A stretch of 32,000 nt of DNA from Synechococcus elongatus PCC 6301. GTDB lineage: Bacteria > Cyanobacteriota > Cyanobacteriia > Synechococcales > Synechococcaceae. Numbering within the stretch: the first letter of the stretch is position 1; each line of letters starts with the position of its first letter. This document shows positions 1 to 12,873 of the stretch, piece after piece. Made by a program: the position numbers and the translations under genes. The DNA is taken from positions 1,290,001 to 1,322,000 of the forward strand of contig NC_006576.1 of assembly GCF_000010065.1 (NCBI RefSeq), read 5' to 3'. Under the pieces are notes generated by a model that worked only from the letters and a program-made list of their open reading frames with translations, did not search any database and was not told the DNA's origin.

Positions 1-50
1 CCATGGCTGGGTAATTCCGGTGGGGGAAGACTGCGAGAGAACGAAAAAGC

Positions 51-593
51 CTAGGCGGCCAAACTGATCGAAATCCGTTTCAGCTGGCCCCGCAGACTTG
101 CGTCGAGGACTTGAGAGCCAACTTTGATAATGACGCCGCCCAAAAGATCGGCATCGACTTGGCTCTCAATTTCCACACCCGCTGCGCCGGTGAGTTGTTT
201 CACCTTTTCGGTGATCACTTGCACTTGGGCTTCAGTCAGCGGCACGGCTGAAGAGACGTCTGCTCGTACCACGTTGCGAAGCTTACGCAGCAGAGCCTGG
301 TAGCGATCGGCAATGCCGTCCAAAAAGGCGATGCGATTGCGATCAACTAACAAATTGAGGAAGTTCAAGACCAAGGGATGAACTGAACTTCCAAACACTT
401 GGTTGAGAACCGCTTTTTTCTGGCTGGAAAACAAGGTTGGATTTTCCAACAGGTGGCGCAGATCAGCAGAAGCAGCCAAAGTGCTTCGGAATAGGGCTGC
501 ATCCTCGCCAAAGCGATCCTCTAGCCCTTGTTCGCGAGCGATCGCCATCAAGGCTTCCGCGTAGGGATCAAACAGTTGAGAAGTGCTCGTCAT
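51..593 (-). CDS. atpH: ATP synthase F1 delta subunit
   Basis: 180-aa ORF ([23 protein letters not shown]...[18 protein letters not shown]) with delta/OSCP-type N- and C-terminal motifs; last gene of an F0 cluster in cyanobacterial order. Often called atpD in cyanobacteria. Confidence 0.95.
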
Positions 594-602
594 GGCAAAG
601 TC

Positions 603-1157
603 CTAGAGCGTAGCCAAGCTGCGATCGATCAAGCGCTGTTGGGCGGCCTCATCCAACTGCTGAGACAGTTGCGTCTCAACCCGGCTCAAGGCTTGGGCAA
701 CTGCATAGCGGCGCAGTTCGTCCAGCACACGCTGTTGCTCAGTGCTGACATCTTGAGCAGCAGTGGCTTTCAAGCGTTCAACATCCGCAGCTGCTTTGTC
801 CAAAATTTCTTGGCGTACCGCTGCTGCACGGGCTTTGGCTTCAACCAACAGGCGAGCCGCTTCAGCTTCTGCCTCTTTCAGTTGGGTCTGAGCCTGGCTC
901 AGGGCTTGGGCAGACGATGCCAGCTTCTCTTCAACCTCACGGATTTCTGCTTCGATCGCAGCGCGACGGTTGCTGAGCAAATTGCCGAGGAAACCTCGAC
1001 CTGCATAGACCAAGAGACCAATGATGATCGCCAGGTTGATCAGGTTCGTTTCAAAGAGATCAAGATTGAGACCGAACCCAGAGGTCTCAGCATGCGCGAG
1101 CAAAATCCAAGAGGACATACTATCCACTACCCAAAACAATGCCGAACTCGGACTCAA
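603..1157 (-). CDS. atpF: ATP synthase F0 subunit b
   Basis: 184 aa; N-terminal membrane segment (LFETNLINLAIIIGLLVYAGRGFLGNLLSNRRAAI) followed by a long charged coiled coil; position between b' and delta. Exact start uncertain. Confidence 0.94.
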   Translation of the reverse strand: MSPSSALFWVVDSMSSWILLAHAETSGFGLNLDLFETNLINLAIIIGLLVYAGRGFLGNLLSNRRAAIEAEIREVEEKLASSAQALSQAQTQLKEAEAEAARLLVEAKARAAAVRQEILDKAAADVERLKATAAQDVSTEQQRVLDELRRYAVAQALSRVETQLSQQLDEAAQQRLIDRSLATL

Positions 1158-1161
1158 AAGC

Positions 1162-1638
1162 CTAAGCTCGGGCCAAGAGCTTATCGAGAATTTGATGGCT
1201 CAGGGCATCGACTTGCTGATCGAGCGCTTGCAAAGCAACCGCTTTCTGCTGGTCAATTTCCTGTTGCGCTTGCTCACGCTGGGCTTGAGCTTCACGCTGA
1301 GCTTCGGCCAGTTGCTGAGCAGCAATCCGACCAGCCTCAGTCTGGGCTTCAGCAATCAAAGCCTGAGACTGCTTGCGTGTAGCAGCAAGCTCCTGCTCGT
1401 ATTGTGCCGTCAAAGCCTTGACTTCTGCCAAACGAGCCTTGGCATCCTGCCGCCCGCCGCGAACAAATTGGTCGCGATCGTCGAGGACCTTGCCAAATGG
1501 TTTGTAGAAAACAGCGTTGAGTAGGAAGACCAAGACTAAGATTTGCACCGCCATCAAGGGCAGTGTGGCATCGAGGTCAAACAGGCCTCCTTCGGCTTCT
1601 TGAACGGCTTCTGCCGCAAGAATCATCCAAGCATTCAT
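1162..1638 (-). CDS. atpG: ATP synthase F0 subunit b'
   Basis: 158 aa; [40 protein letters not shown] typical of cyanobacterial/plastid b'; directly upstream of atpF. Confidence 0.93.
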   Translation of the reverse strand: MNAWMILAAEAVQEAEGGLFDLDATLPLMAVQILVLVFLLNAVFYKPFGKVLDDRDQFVRGGRQDAKARLAEVKALTAQYEQELAATRKQSQALIAEAQTEAGRIAAQQLAEAQREAQAQREQAQQEIDQQKAVALQALDQQVDALSHQILDKLLARA

Positions 1639-1739
1639 GAGTACAGGCTCCGCCGGAAGGTCGGAGAACAGCGGTTAAAACCGCCCAATAACCCGCAGGT
1701 CCACAGCAAGGAGCTGTCAGGCAATTGAGCACAGAAGAG

Positions 1740-1767
1740 GGGGCGGCTCAACCCATGAGACCGCCCC
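1740..1767 (-). promoter_or_regulatory. Intercistronic hairpin between the c-subunit and b' genes
   Basis: Plus strand GGGGCGG-CTCA / TGAG-(A)-CCGCCCC at 1740-1767, a GC-rich stem with one bulge, starting 16 nt after the atpE stop; no T-run follows. Confidence 0.6.
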
Positions 1768-1782
1768 GAAGGATAGCTAAGC

Positions 1783-2121
<339 letters not shown>

Positions 2122-2170
2122 TCAAGCAGACTCGGGGGTCAACCGCAAAATAGGCAGCGATCGCACTGCA

Positions 2171-2956
2171 CTACTCGGCGTGTTCCTCACCATGCTCTTC
2201 GACGGCTTCGCCGATGTATGACGCAGCCAAGGTTGCAAAGATCAACGCTTGAATCGCACTGGTAAACAAGCCCAGAATCATTGCTGGCAGCGGCACGAAG
2301 AGAGGCACCAACAGCACGAGAACCGCCACCACAAGTTCGTCTGCCAAGATGTTTCCAAACAGACGGAAGCTCAGGGATAAGGGTTTGGTGAAGTCCTCCA
2401 AAATTTTGAAGGGCAGCATCACCGGCGTGGGATGGACGTAGTTGCCAAAATATCCCAGCCCTTTGCGGCTGAAACCGGCGTAAAAGTACGCCAGCGAGGT
2501 CAATAGCGCGAGCGCTACGGTGGTGTTGATGTCACTGGTCGGGGCAGCCAATTCGCCCGAAGGGAGCTTGATCAGCTTCCAAGGGATGAGAGCGCCGGAC
2601 CAGTTGGACAGGAAAATAAACAGAAACAGGGTACCAATAAACGGAACCCAAGGACGATATTCCTTTTCGCCGATCTGGGTGCGGGCTAGGTTACGGATGA
2701 AGTCCAGAACGTACTCCATGAAATTCTGGAGGCCGCTGGGAATGCGCTGAAGATTGCGATTCGCCAGGAGAGACAGCACCACCAAGGCCGCGATCACGAA
2801 CCAAGAAGTCAAAAAGACCTGGCCGTGAAGCCGATAGTTGCCGATCTGCCAGTAAAAATGCTGGCCGACCTCGAGCTCGGCGAGAGGCAAAACTGACGAG
2901 AGTTCGAGTAGAGTCGGCATGGACATGAGGTCGGAAGGAAGGGTTGCGGAGCCCAT
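2171..2956 (-). CDS. atpB: ATP synthase F0 subunit a
   Basis: 261 aa; contains [21 protein letters not shown] and [15 protein letters not shown] motifs of subunit a. Confidence 0.96.
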   Translation of the reverse strand: MGSATLPSDLMSMPTLLELSSVLPLAELEVGQHFYWQIGNYRLHGQVFLTSWFVIAALVVLSLLANRNLQRIPSGLQNFMEYVLDFIRNLARTQIGEKEYRPWVPFIGTLFLFIFLSNWSGALIPWKLIKLPSGELAAPTSDINTTVALALLTSLAYFYAGFSRKGLGYFGNYVHPTPVMLPFKILEDFTKPLSLSFRLFGNILADELVVAVLVLLVPLFVPLPAMILGLFTSAIQALIFATLAASYIGEAVEEHGEEHAE

Positions 2957-2981
2957 TTACATCCGCGATCGCGACTGCGTT

Positions 2982-3488
2982 TCAACTGTTTTCAGCAGTT
3001 GGGATCACAGCTCGCAGGGTGTACCAGATCAGGGCTGCTTTGTAGGTCAAAAAACCTAAAAAGACCGGCATCAGTTCCAGATATTGCCATCGTGCTGCTA
3101 AAACAATGAGCACCACGAAGAGCGCTAGACGTGATTTCCCAAACTGGCGACGGCGCTCACCAATCCGCTCAACCGCTTTCCCAAGCATCCGGAGGTAGAG
3201 AAGCCCACCCATTGCCCCCAGCAAATAGCTAGCAGCAGTGTTAAGGCTATAGGCCCACCAGACCGCTCCGAAAATAACGACTGTGCAAATTAACGTGACC
3301 TGCAACAGTTGACGCTGCAGCGCGTAGTACTCTGCCATCGAATCCGATTGAGGTTCAGTGACCGTTTCTGTTTCGGGTTCGGTTGCGGCTGAAGCAATCG
3401 CCTCGATCGCAGGATCCTGGACAGAACTTTCAGAGGAACTCACAGGTCGGACAGAACCGAGCGGTTCTGCTGGCAAAATATGGCGCAA
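2982..3488 (-). CDS. atpI: ATP synthase-associated membrane protein (Atp1/AtpI)
   Basis: Four hydrophobic segments, immediately upstream of atpB in the cluster. The real start may be the internal Met (MAEYYALQRQLLQVTL) near 3338, which would remove a ~50-aa polar N-terminus. Confidence 0.8.
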   Translation of the reverse strand: MRHILPAEPLGSVRPVSSSESSVQDPAIEAIASAATEPETETVTEPQSDSMAEYYALQRQLLQVTLICTVVIFGAVWWAYSLNTAASYLLGAMGGLLYLRMLGKAVERIGERRRQFGKSRLALFVVLIVLAARWQYLELMPVFLGFLTYKAALIWYTLRAVIPTAENS

Positions 3489-3524
3489 GCCAGGGGTAAT
3501 CCTATCACGCAGCGTTGCACTGTC

Positions 3525-4721
3525 CTACGTTTGCGCGGGCACGAGCAAAATCAGCTGCTGATCGATCAATTGGCGCACCGCCGCCAAGTCCAAAGAACTG
3601 GTTTGTAAGAGTTCGGCAACGGTCAGGGCTGAATCCAGCGGGCGATCGCATTGTTCTAGGAAGGCGTATTCCGCTTCGCTGAGGGTACGGGGCCGGTAGT
3701 CCGGGTCGAAGATGTCGCGACTGGGCCAGCCGTAGAGGCATTCGTTGCGCACCGGCTTGGCATGCAGCAGTTGATCGTTGTCCGACCAGTCGTACTGGGG
3801 CAGAGGCGATCGCCCCAGGAAAAACTCAAAGTGGGTGATTTCGGGGTCGAGTAATTCGATCAGCCGGTAGCGCTGCCATTTCGAGAGCGACTGAAAGCGA
3901 TCGCGCAGGGTATCTGAGCTGCCAAATAAGCGATCGGGCTGCCAGCGATCGCGATCGGAAAAGCCAAGGAAGGTGAGACCACTGCCTTCAATCCAGCGCC
4001 GCAGGGTTTCGGTGTTGTAGTCAATCTCTTGGGGATGGACATACATGTCGGCGAAGCATTCGTCACGCTGGTTTTCCAGTGCCCAGCGTTCTTCCTCCCG
4101 ACGCCGTAGTCGATTGTTGGCTGGCAGTTGACTGAAAATTTCCCGCCCGATCGCCACACCATCGCGATAGTCGCCGCGCCGCTCTCCCTGTAATAGGGCG
4201 ATCGCTTCTTGCATCTGCCGAATTTCAGCCCGACCAATCTCGGCATAGACAAAGATATGGAGGATGCCGCCCGGCGCGAGTTTGCTCGCCAAAGCAGCTA
4301 AGCCGCGATCGGGATCTTCGAGATGGTGCAACACCCCGACGCAGTTGATCTGATCAAACTCTCCCGGCAGTTGGGCGACGTCGTAAAGACTGAGCTGCTG
4401 GAAGTGGATGCGATCGGCAACGCCCGATCGCTGACAGCGTTCTTGGGCGACAGCGAGAGTACCGGCGCTGATATCGATCGCTGTAATCTCTGCGCTGGGA
4501 TTGAGGTGTGCGAGGTAGTCAGTACTCACACCGGTGCCACAACCCGCATCTAAAATGCGAGGCCGCCCCAACTGCGGTGCCCGTCCCGTGCAAAAGGCAT
4601 AGGCCGAGGGGTAATGCCAGCGCCAGTTGTAGCCCGGTGGTGGCCCATCCTGCATTGGTTCCGGTGGAAACGGATAGGCGTCGTAGAGCGCGGAAACAGC
4701 TTGGGTGACGGAGTCGGGCAT
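3525..4721 (-). CDS. SAM-dependent class I methyltransferase with C-terminal extension
   Basis: Motif I ILDAGCGTGVSTDYLA, later INCVGVLHHLEDPDRGLAALASKLAPGGILHIFVY. ORF runs to 4778; the internal Met (MPDSVTQAVSALYDAYPFPPEP) is the more plausible start. Confidence 0.85.
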   Translation of the reverse strand: MPDSVTQAVSALYDAYPFPPEPMQDGPPPGYNWRWHYPSAYAFCTGRAPQLGRPRILDAGCGTGVSTDYLAHLNPSAEITAIDISAGTLAVAQERCQRSGVADRIHFQQLSLYDVAQLPGEFDQINCVGVLHHLEDPDRGLAALASKLAPGGILHIFVYAEIGRAEIRQMQEAIALLQGERRGDYRDGVAIGREIFSQLPANNRLRRREEERWALENQRDECFADMYVHPQEIDYNTETLRRWIEGSGLTFLGFSDRDRWQPDRLFGSSDTLRDRFQSLSKWQRYRLIELLDPEITHFEFFLGRSPLPQYDWSDNDQLLHAKPVRNECLYGWPSRDIFDPDYRPRTLSEAEYAFLEQCDRPLDSALTVAELLQTSSLDLAAVRQLIDQQLILLVPAQT

Positions 4722-4834
4722 GGCAGCAAAAAATGAGAAACGCGATCGCCCCAGCAGGGTCGAATCCATCAGCTTCATCGCCTGTCAGCTCGCGTCTCGA
4801 CAAGGCTGGCGACACATTTGTTAACAAAAAAGGG

Positions 4835-4849
4835 GTGCCGCCACGGCAC
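4835..4849 (-). terminator. Terminator-like hairpin in the 5' leader of the methyltransferase gene
   Basis: GTGCCG-CCA-CGGCAC stem at 4835-4849; read on the minus strand it is followed by CCCCTTTTTT. Confidence 0.35.
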
Positions 4850-4968
4850 GCTCTAATCTAAAACAAACCCTTCTCAATCCCGGTTTAATCTCGTCGGGTC
4901 GGGGCGTTTTGGGAATCTTCCATCGCTCTTCTCATTGCTCGACGGGTTCATCCTTCATAAGAACCTAG

Positions 4969-7101
<2,133 letters not shown>

Positions 7102-7125
7102 GCAATCGCCTCTCCTCAGATTCTG

Positions 7126-7168
7126 GCTGTGAGCGTTTGGGCAAAACCTAGACGCTCACAGCTTTTTG
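7126..7168 (+). terminator. Rho-independent terminator after apcE
   Basis: Perfect 11-bp stem GCTGTGAGCGT (7126-7136) / ACGCTCACAGC (7152-7162) followed by TTTTT. Confidence 0.75.
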
Positions 7169-7466
7169 GGCATTTAAAGAAAACTGAATTCCTTTATTAC
7201 AAACTGTTACGTCAATTTCTGTAGGGTTTCGACGATAGCGCAAAATGATTCCGAAAGGTAATTCGGACGCTGTTGCCGGCTACCTGCGCTCGCCCCCGAG
7301 AGGTGTCTCTCCTCCCGGTCAGGCTTCGGGAATTCTGACCGCCTCGGGTTCACGATCGCCTTGACGGTCCGAACGTGAACGGTTTGCCTGACTTCACGGT
7401 TTCCTCACTGAGGGCCAGGGTCGGTGGAGGCCAGTCTGGTTTCAAAATGCTTGGAGGAATCCATTA

Positions 7467-7952
7467 ATGAGTATCGTCTCGAAGTCCATCGTCAACGCTG
7501 ACGCCGAGGCGCGTTACCTAAGCCCTGGCGAACTGGAACGCATCAAAACCTTCGTTGTCGGTGGCGATCGTCGTCTGCGGATTGCGCAGACCATTGCTGA
7601 GTCCCGCGAGCGGATCGTCAAGCAAGCTGGCAACCAACTTTTCCAAAAGCGTCCTGACGTGGTTTCGCCCGGTGGCAATGCCTACGGTGAAGACATGACG
7701 GCCACCTGCCTGCGTGACCTCGACTACTACCTGCGTCTTGTGACCTACGGTGTAGTTTCGGGCGACATCACCCCGATTGAAGAAATCGGCATTGTCGGTG
7801 TCCGCGAAATGTACAAATCGCTAGGAACCCCCATCGAAGCTGTCGCTGAAGGCGTCCGTGAGCTGAAATCGGCTGCAACCGCCCTACTGACTGGTGAAGA
7901 CGCTGACGAAGCAGGCGCTTACTTTGACTACGTAATTGGCGCTCTCAGCTAA
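7467..7952 (+). CDS. apcA: Allophycocyanin alpha subunit
   Basis: 161 aa [95 protein letters not shown], diagnostic AP-alpha. Confidence 0.99.
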
Positions 7953-8008
7953 TTCAGTCTTTTAAGTCCCTTTGATTCGAACGCGACTTTTTCAAGGATT
8001 TTAGAAAG

Positions 8009-8494
8009 ATGCAAGACGCAATTACCGCTGTCATCAATGCTTCTGACGTCCAAGGTAAGTACCTGGACAGCTCAGCCCTCGATCGTCTCAAGAGCTACTT
8101 CCAAAGTGGCGAACTGCGCGTCCGTGCTGCAGCCACCATCAGTGCCAACTCGGCTCTGATCGTCAAAGAAGCAGTGGCTAAATCGCTGCTCTACTCAGAC
8201 ATCACCCGTCCCGGCGGCAACATGTACACCACCCGTCGCTATGCTGCTTGCATCCGCGACTTGGAGTACTACCTGCGCTACGCCACCTATGCCATGTTGG
8301 CTGGCGATACCTCGATCTTGGATGAGCGCGTGCTCAACGGTCTGAAAGAGACCTACAACAGTCTGGGCGTGCCGATCGGTGCAACCGTCCAAGCGATCCA
8401 AGCAATCAAAGAAGTCACTGCTAGCTTGGTCGGCCCCGACGCTGGTCGCGAAATGGGTGTCTACCTCGACTACATCAGCTCCGGCTTGAGCTAA
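8009..8494 (+). CDS. apcB: Allophycocyanin beta subunit
   Basis: 161 aa [41 protein letters not shown]...[23 protein letters not shown], diagnostic AP-beta. Confidence 0.99.
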
Positions 8495-8510
8495 GCATCC
8501 AGCTACTGAG

Positions 8511-8555
8511 TCTAGGGAATGGTGTTGAGCTCTCAGCCTCAGCCCTTTCCCTAGA
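8511..8555 (+). promoter_or_regulatory. apcB-apcC intercistronic stem-loop
   Basis: Perfect 9-bp inverted repeat TCTAGGGAA (8511-8519) / TTCCCTAGA (8547-8555), located entirely between apcB and apcC; no T-run. Confidence 0.65.
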
Positions 8556-8585
8556 ACGATTAAGGGAACCCGGGAGAAACAAACA

Positions 8586-8789
8586 ATGCGGATGTTCCGA
8601 ATCACCGCTTGCTTGCCCAGCCCCAGCAAAATCCGGACTCAGCGCGAACTGCAAAACACCTTCTTTACGAAGCTCGTTCCATACGATGCTTGGTTTAGAG
8701 AGCAGCAGCGCATCCAAAAGCTGGGTGGCAAGATCATCAAGGTTGAATTGGCGACTGGCCGTCCGAATACCAATACCGGACTGCTCTAG
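8586..8789 (+). CDS. apcC: Allophycocyanin-associated small core linker (7.8 kDa)
   Basis: 67 aa MRMFRITACLPSPSKIRTQRELQNTFFTKLVPYDAWFREQQRIQKLGGKIIKVELATGRPNTNTGLL. Confidence 0.98.
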   Translation: MRMFRITACLPSPSKIRTQRELQNTFFTKLVPYDAWFREQQRIQKLGGKIIKVELATGRPNTNTGLL

Positions 8790-8873
8790 GTCTCAAAATT
8801 ATTGCAATCGAACCGACTCTCGGTCTGACTCTTATAGTGAGTGTGCCGAGAGTTTTTTTATGGCGATCGCCCT

Positions 8874-10058
8874 ATGAGTCTTGCCCTCCCCCAGTGGCTT
8901 ACCTTGGTGCCAACGGCAACTTGGAATCGGCCCGCACGACTCTTGCACTGGCTGACTTTTTTTTGGCTCGTCTGCGGGCTCTTGATTTTGTTGTCAGCCT
9001 CCTACGACCTGGCGCTGAATGAATCGGGCAATGGCTTTGCCTATTTGATTCGCCAAGGGGTGTGGCTGATTTTGGGCTTGCTGGGGTTTAGCTGGGCGAT
9101 CGCGACCCCCATTCAGCGTTTTGCCCGCTGGGCACCCTGGGGGATGGGCCTCTGCTTGGTGGGCTTAGCGCTCACTCTCGTTGCCGGTGCGACGATCAAC
9201 GGGGCTAGCCGGTGGCTCGTGATCGGGCCACTCCAAATCCAGCCTTCAGAACTGATGAAACCCTGCCTAATTTTGCAGGGCGCCGTTGTTTTCGGTAGTT
9301 GGTTTCGCCTCAGCTGGGCCCAGCGGGGATTTTGGCTGGCGATGTTCTTGCTGACCCTCGGCATCATTCTCAAGCAACCGAACCTGAGTACAGCAACTCT
9401 TTGCGGCAGCCTGCTGTGGATCATTGCGCTTGCTGCCGGTTTACCCCTCGCTCAGCTCCTGTTGACAGTGATTGGCGGCGGCGCAATCGGGGTGGTCAGC
9501 GTCTTCCGCAATAGCTACCAAATGGAACGGATTCTCTCCTTCCTCAACCCCTGGCGGGACCCCCTCGACAAGAGCTATCAGCTGGTTCAAAGTCTGCTGG
9601 CGATCGGCTCGGGGGGAACTTGGGGTACAGGCTACGGGCTCTCGGTGCAGAAGCTGTCCTACCTGCCAATTCAGAACACCGACTTCATCTTTGCGGTCTA
9701 TGCCGAAGAGTTTGGCTTGGTTGGCAGCCTGCTGTTCCTGCTCTTTCTTTGCTGCTTCGGAACGGTTGGCTTTTGGGTGGCCCTGCGATCGCGGCGGGTC
9801 TTAAATCAGCTTGTGGCCACGGGCTGTACCACGCTGCTAGTCCTGCAATCCTTGCTCAATATCGGGGTAGCTTCGGGTGCTCTGCCAACCACAGGCTTGC
9901 CCTTGCCTTTCATCAGCTACGGCGGCAATGCCCTGCTCTCGAGCCTGTTCGTAGCGGGCCTGTTGATCCGTGTGGCACTAGAAATGGATGAGGAAATCGC
10001 TAACAGCCCTGGGCCAACCACTCCTCTCAAAACAATACGGCGGCGATCGCCGGCCTAG
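8874..10058 (+). CDS. ftsW: FtsW/RodA/SpoVE family, FtsW-like lipid II polymerase/flippase
   Basis: Multiple TM segments with GRWLVIGPLQIQPSELMKP-like and LPTTGLPLPFISYGGNALLSSL motifs. ORF opens at GTG 8841; ATG 8874 (MSLALPQWL) is preferred but the start is uncertain. Confidence 0.9.
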   Translation: MSLALPQWLTLVPTATWNRPARLLHWLTFFWLVCGLLILLSASYDLALNESGNGFAYLIRQGVWLILGLLGFSWAIATPIQRFARWAPWGMGLCLVGLALTLVAGATINGASRWLVIGPLQIQPSELMKPCLILQGAVVFGSWFRLSWAQRGFWLAMFLLTLGIILKQPNLSTATLCGSLLWIIALAAGLPLAQLLLTVIGGGAIGVVSVFRNSYQMERILSFLNPWRDPLDKSYQLVQSLLAIGSGGTWGTGYGLSVQKLSYLPIQNTDFIFAVYAEEFGLVGSLLFLLFLCCFGTVGFWVALRSRRVLNQLVATGCTTLLVLQSLLNIGVASGALPTTGLPLPFISYGGNALLSSLFVAGLLIRVALEMDEEIANSPGPTTPLKTIRRRSPA

Positions 10059-10077
10059 ACCTCGATAAAATCGAGGC

Positions 10078-10836
10078 ATGTTCGACACTTTTGCCAGATG
10101 GTTTGAGGGGCTGGAAACCCTGCTCTTCCAGCTCAGCCTTTGGGCCGAAACCCTTGTCAATAGTCAGCTCCAGCATCCGGGACTGCCAACTTTTGCAATC
10201 GTCTGGGTGGCAGGTTTGGCGACGAGTTTGACACCCTGCACCCTCTCGATGCTGCCAGTCACCTTTGCCTATTTGGGGGGCTACAGTGAGGGCGATCGCG
10301 CCCAGAGTCTGCGCCAATCCGGTCTGTTCTGTCTGGGCTTGGCCACGACGCTGATGGGGCTGGGTCTGAGTGCAGCCGTGCTTGGGCGGATCTATGGCCA
10401 GATTGGCTGGGGTCTGACCTTGGCCTCTAGCCTGATTGCGATCGTGATGGGCTTGAATCTGCTGGAGCTGCTGCCCCTAAGGCTACCGGGCCTGAACACC
10501 ACAAGCTGGCTCCAGGAGGAATGGCCGATTGACCTGCGCGCCTATCTTTTGGGTCTGACCTTTGGCTTGGTAGCGTCTCCCTGCAGTACACCAGTCCTAG
10601 CTACTCTACTTGCTTGGGTGGCGGCCAGTGGCCAAGTACAACTCGGGGCTGCTCTTTTGGGTACCTATGCGCTGGGTTCCGTCCTACCGCTCCTCCTAGC
10701 CGGTCTCCTCGCCGCTTCCCTGCGTCAGTTGTTGGCCCTGCGACAATGGTCGGCTTGGCTGACGCCCACCAGTGGCGTTGTCCTCATCGGTTTTGGTGTT
10801 CTGACGCTGCTCCTTCGTCTGCCAATTAACGCATGA
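10078..10836 (+). CDS. ccdA: Cytochrome c biogenesis protein CcdA (DsbD-like membrane domain)
   Basis: 252 aa; [22 protein letters not shown] and [21 protein letters not shown] motifs, paired with Ccs1. Confidence 0.92.
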   Translation: MFDTFARWFEGLETLLFQLSLWAETLVNSQLQHPGLPTFAIVWVAGLATSLTPCTLSMLPVTFAYLGGYSEGDRAQSLRQSGLFCLGLATTLMGLGLSAAVLGRIYGQIGWGLTLASSLIAIVMGLNLLELLPLRLPGLNTTSWLQEEWPIDLRAYLLGLTFGLVASPCSTPVLATLLAWVAASGQVQLGAALLGTYALGSVLPLLLAGLLAASLRQLLALRQWSAWLTPTSGVVLIGFGVLTLLLRLPINA

Positions 10837-12203
10837 CCTCTGATCCTCTGGCCTCACCCTCCTTTGCCGATCGCTGGCGGCGGGGTCAACAGTTGTTTTG
10901 GACCTGGCTGGCCGATCTGCGTCTCGCGATCCTGCTGCTGCTAGCGATCGCGATCGCCAGTGCCACAGGTACCGTGATTGAGCAGGGGCAGAGTCTTGCC
11001 TTCTATCAAGAGAACTACCCCACCGATCCTGCCCTGTTTGGCTTTCTGTCGTGGCGCTGGATTCTGAGCCTTGGCCTTGACCATGTCTACCGAGCGGGCT
11101 GGTTCCTAGGGTTGCTCATTCTCTTTGGTGCCAGCCTCACGGCCTGTACTTTTCGTCGCCAATGGCCCGCCCTGCGGGCTGCCCAGCGTTGGCAGTTCTA
11201 TCAAGAGCCTCGGCAATTTACCAAGCTTGCACTCAGTGCCAGCCTGCCTCAGGGCAAACTCGACAGTTTGGAACCGCTACTGCTGCAACGCCGCTACCGT
11301 CTCTTTCGGGCAGATGATGTCCTCTATGCTCGCCGAGGTCTGGCCGGACGAGTCGGTCCGATCTTGGTGCATGCCGGCATGCTGGTGGTGCTAGGGGGCG
11401 CCATCTGGGGCTCCTTGGGGGGATTTTATGCCCAGGAGATGATTCCAAGCGGCGAGACGTTTCAGGTTCGGAATATTGTCGATGCCGGCCCTTGGAGTGG
11501 CAGTCGTATTCCTCAGGATTGGGCAGTTAAGGTCAATCGCTTTTGGATTGACTATGCTCCCGACGGTCGCATCGATCAGTTCTACTCGGATCTGTCCGTA
11601 GTCGATCGCGAGGGACAAGAGCAAGATCGCCAGACAATTCACGTCAATCAACCCTTGCGCTACGGTGGTCTGACCTTTTATCAGGCCGACTGGGCAATCG
11701 CGGCAGCCCAAGTGCGCCTTAACAATAGCCCTGTCCTACAACTACCCATGGCGCAGCTCCCTGCGGCGGGTCGCATCTGGGGGACTTTTGTCCCCACAAA
11801 ACCTGATCTCAGCAGTGGGGTCTCACTGATCGCCAAGGATCTACAGGGGACAGCGGTTATCTACGGCAGCAATGGCGAACCCCTAGGCACCCTGCGCAAA
11901 GGCATGGCGATCGAAGTCGAGGGCATCCGTCTCAGCTTGGTCGACCTAGTCGGCAGTACCGGCCTGCAGATCAAGTCTGATCCGGGGATTCCCTGGGTCT
12001 ATGCCGGCTTCCTGTTTGTGATGGTGGGCGTGGTTTGCAGCTACGTCTCCCACGCGCAGGTCTGGGCTCTAGAGCAGGACGGTCAGCTGTATATTGGTGG
12101 CCGGAGCAATCGCGCCTTGGTGGCGTTCGAGCAGGAAATGCTAGCCGTTCTCGCTCAGCTGGATGCACAAAGTAATCACTCAGCAGAAACTGCGATCGCC
12201 TGA
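10833..12203 (+). CDS. ccs1: Cytochrome c biogenesis protein Ccs1/CcsB (ResB family)
   Basis: 456 aa; [71 protein letters not shown]; overlaps the ccdA stop by ATGA. Confidence 0.93.
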   Translation: MTSDPLASPSFADRWRRGQQLFWTWLADLRLAILLLLAIAIASATGTVIEQGQSLAFYQENYPTDPALFGFLSWRWILSLGLDHVYRAGWFLGLLILFGASLTACTFRRQWPALRAAQRWQFYQEPRQFTKLALSASLPQGKLDSLEPLLLQRRYRLFRADDVLYARRGLAGRVGPILVHAGMLVVLGGAIWGSLGGFYAQEMIPSGETFQVRNIVDAGPWSGSRIPQDWAVKVNRFWIDYAPDGRIDQFYSDLSVVDREGQEQDRQTIHVNQPLRYGGLTFYQADWAIAAAQVRLNNSPVLQLPMAQLPAAGRIWGTFVPTKPDLSSGVSLIAKDLQGTAVIYGSNGEPLGTLRKGMAIEVEGIRLSLVDLVGSTGLQIKSDPGIPWVYAGFLFVMVGVVCSYVSHAQVWALEQDGQLYIGGRSNRALVAFEQEMLAVLAQLDAQSNHSAETAIA

Positions 12204-12294
12204 CGTTTCGTAACAGGTTGCCTGTCTAGCCTAGCTTTTGCCTGATCTTTCAGCAGTGGCTGATTAAAATGTAGACAGCGAATTTTCGATTGCT

Positions 12295-12308
12295 GTAGCA
12301 GTAACTAC
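12295..12308 (+). promoter_or_regulatory. Candidate NtcA-binding site upstream of glnB
   Basis: GTAGCAGTAACTAC matches GTAN8TAC exactly, 86 nt upstream of the glnB start codon; no clear -10 box at ideal spacing. Confidence 0.6.
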
Positions 12309-12348
12309 AACTGTGGTCTAGTCAGCGGTGTTACCAAAGAGTCGCTGA

Positions 12349-12735
<387 letters not shown>

Positions 12736-12873
12736 GTCAGCGTCGACAACAGCAGGTGTATTGCTGGAGCAGTTAGAGGCCAGCGATCACAAAACGTTAG
12801 CAAGAGAGTTCAGTTGTTTTGAGGTCAGTTAATGCTGACAGGAAACCACTGGGCTCTTTTGTTGTTCTGGGCA

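Noticed and set aside
528-1382. 284-aa plus-strand ORF antisense to atpH/atpF/atpG
   Set aside because: Q/R/L-rich shadow frame opposite well-supported ATP synthase genes; composition looks like antisense coding artefact.
12213-12225. ACAGG-TTG-CCTGT hairpin after ccs1
   Set aside because: 5-bp stem without a T-tract; could easily be chance.
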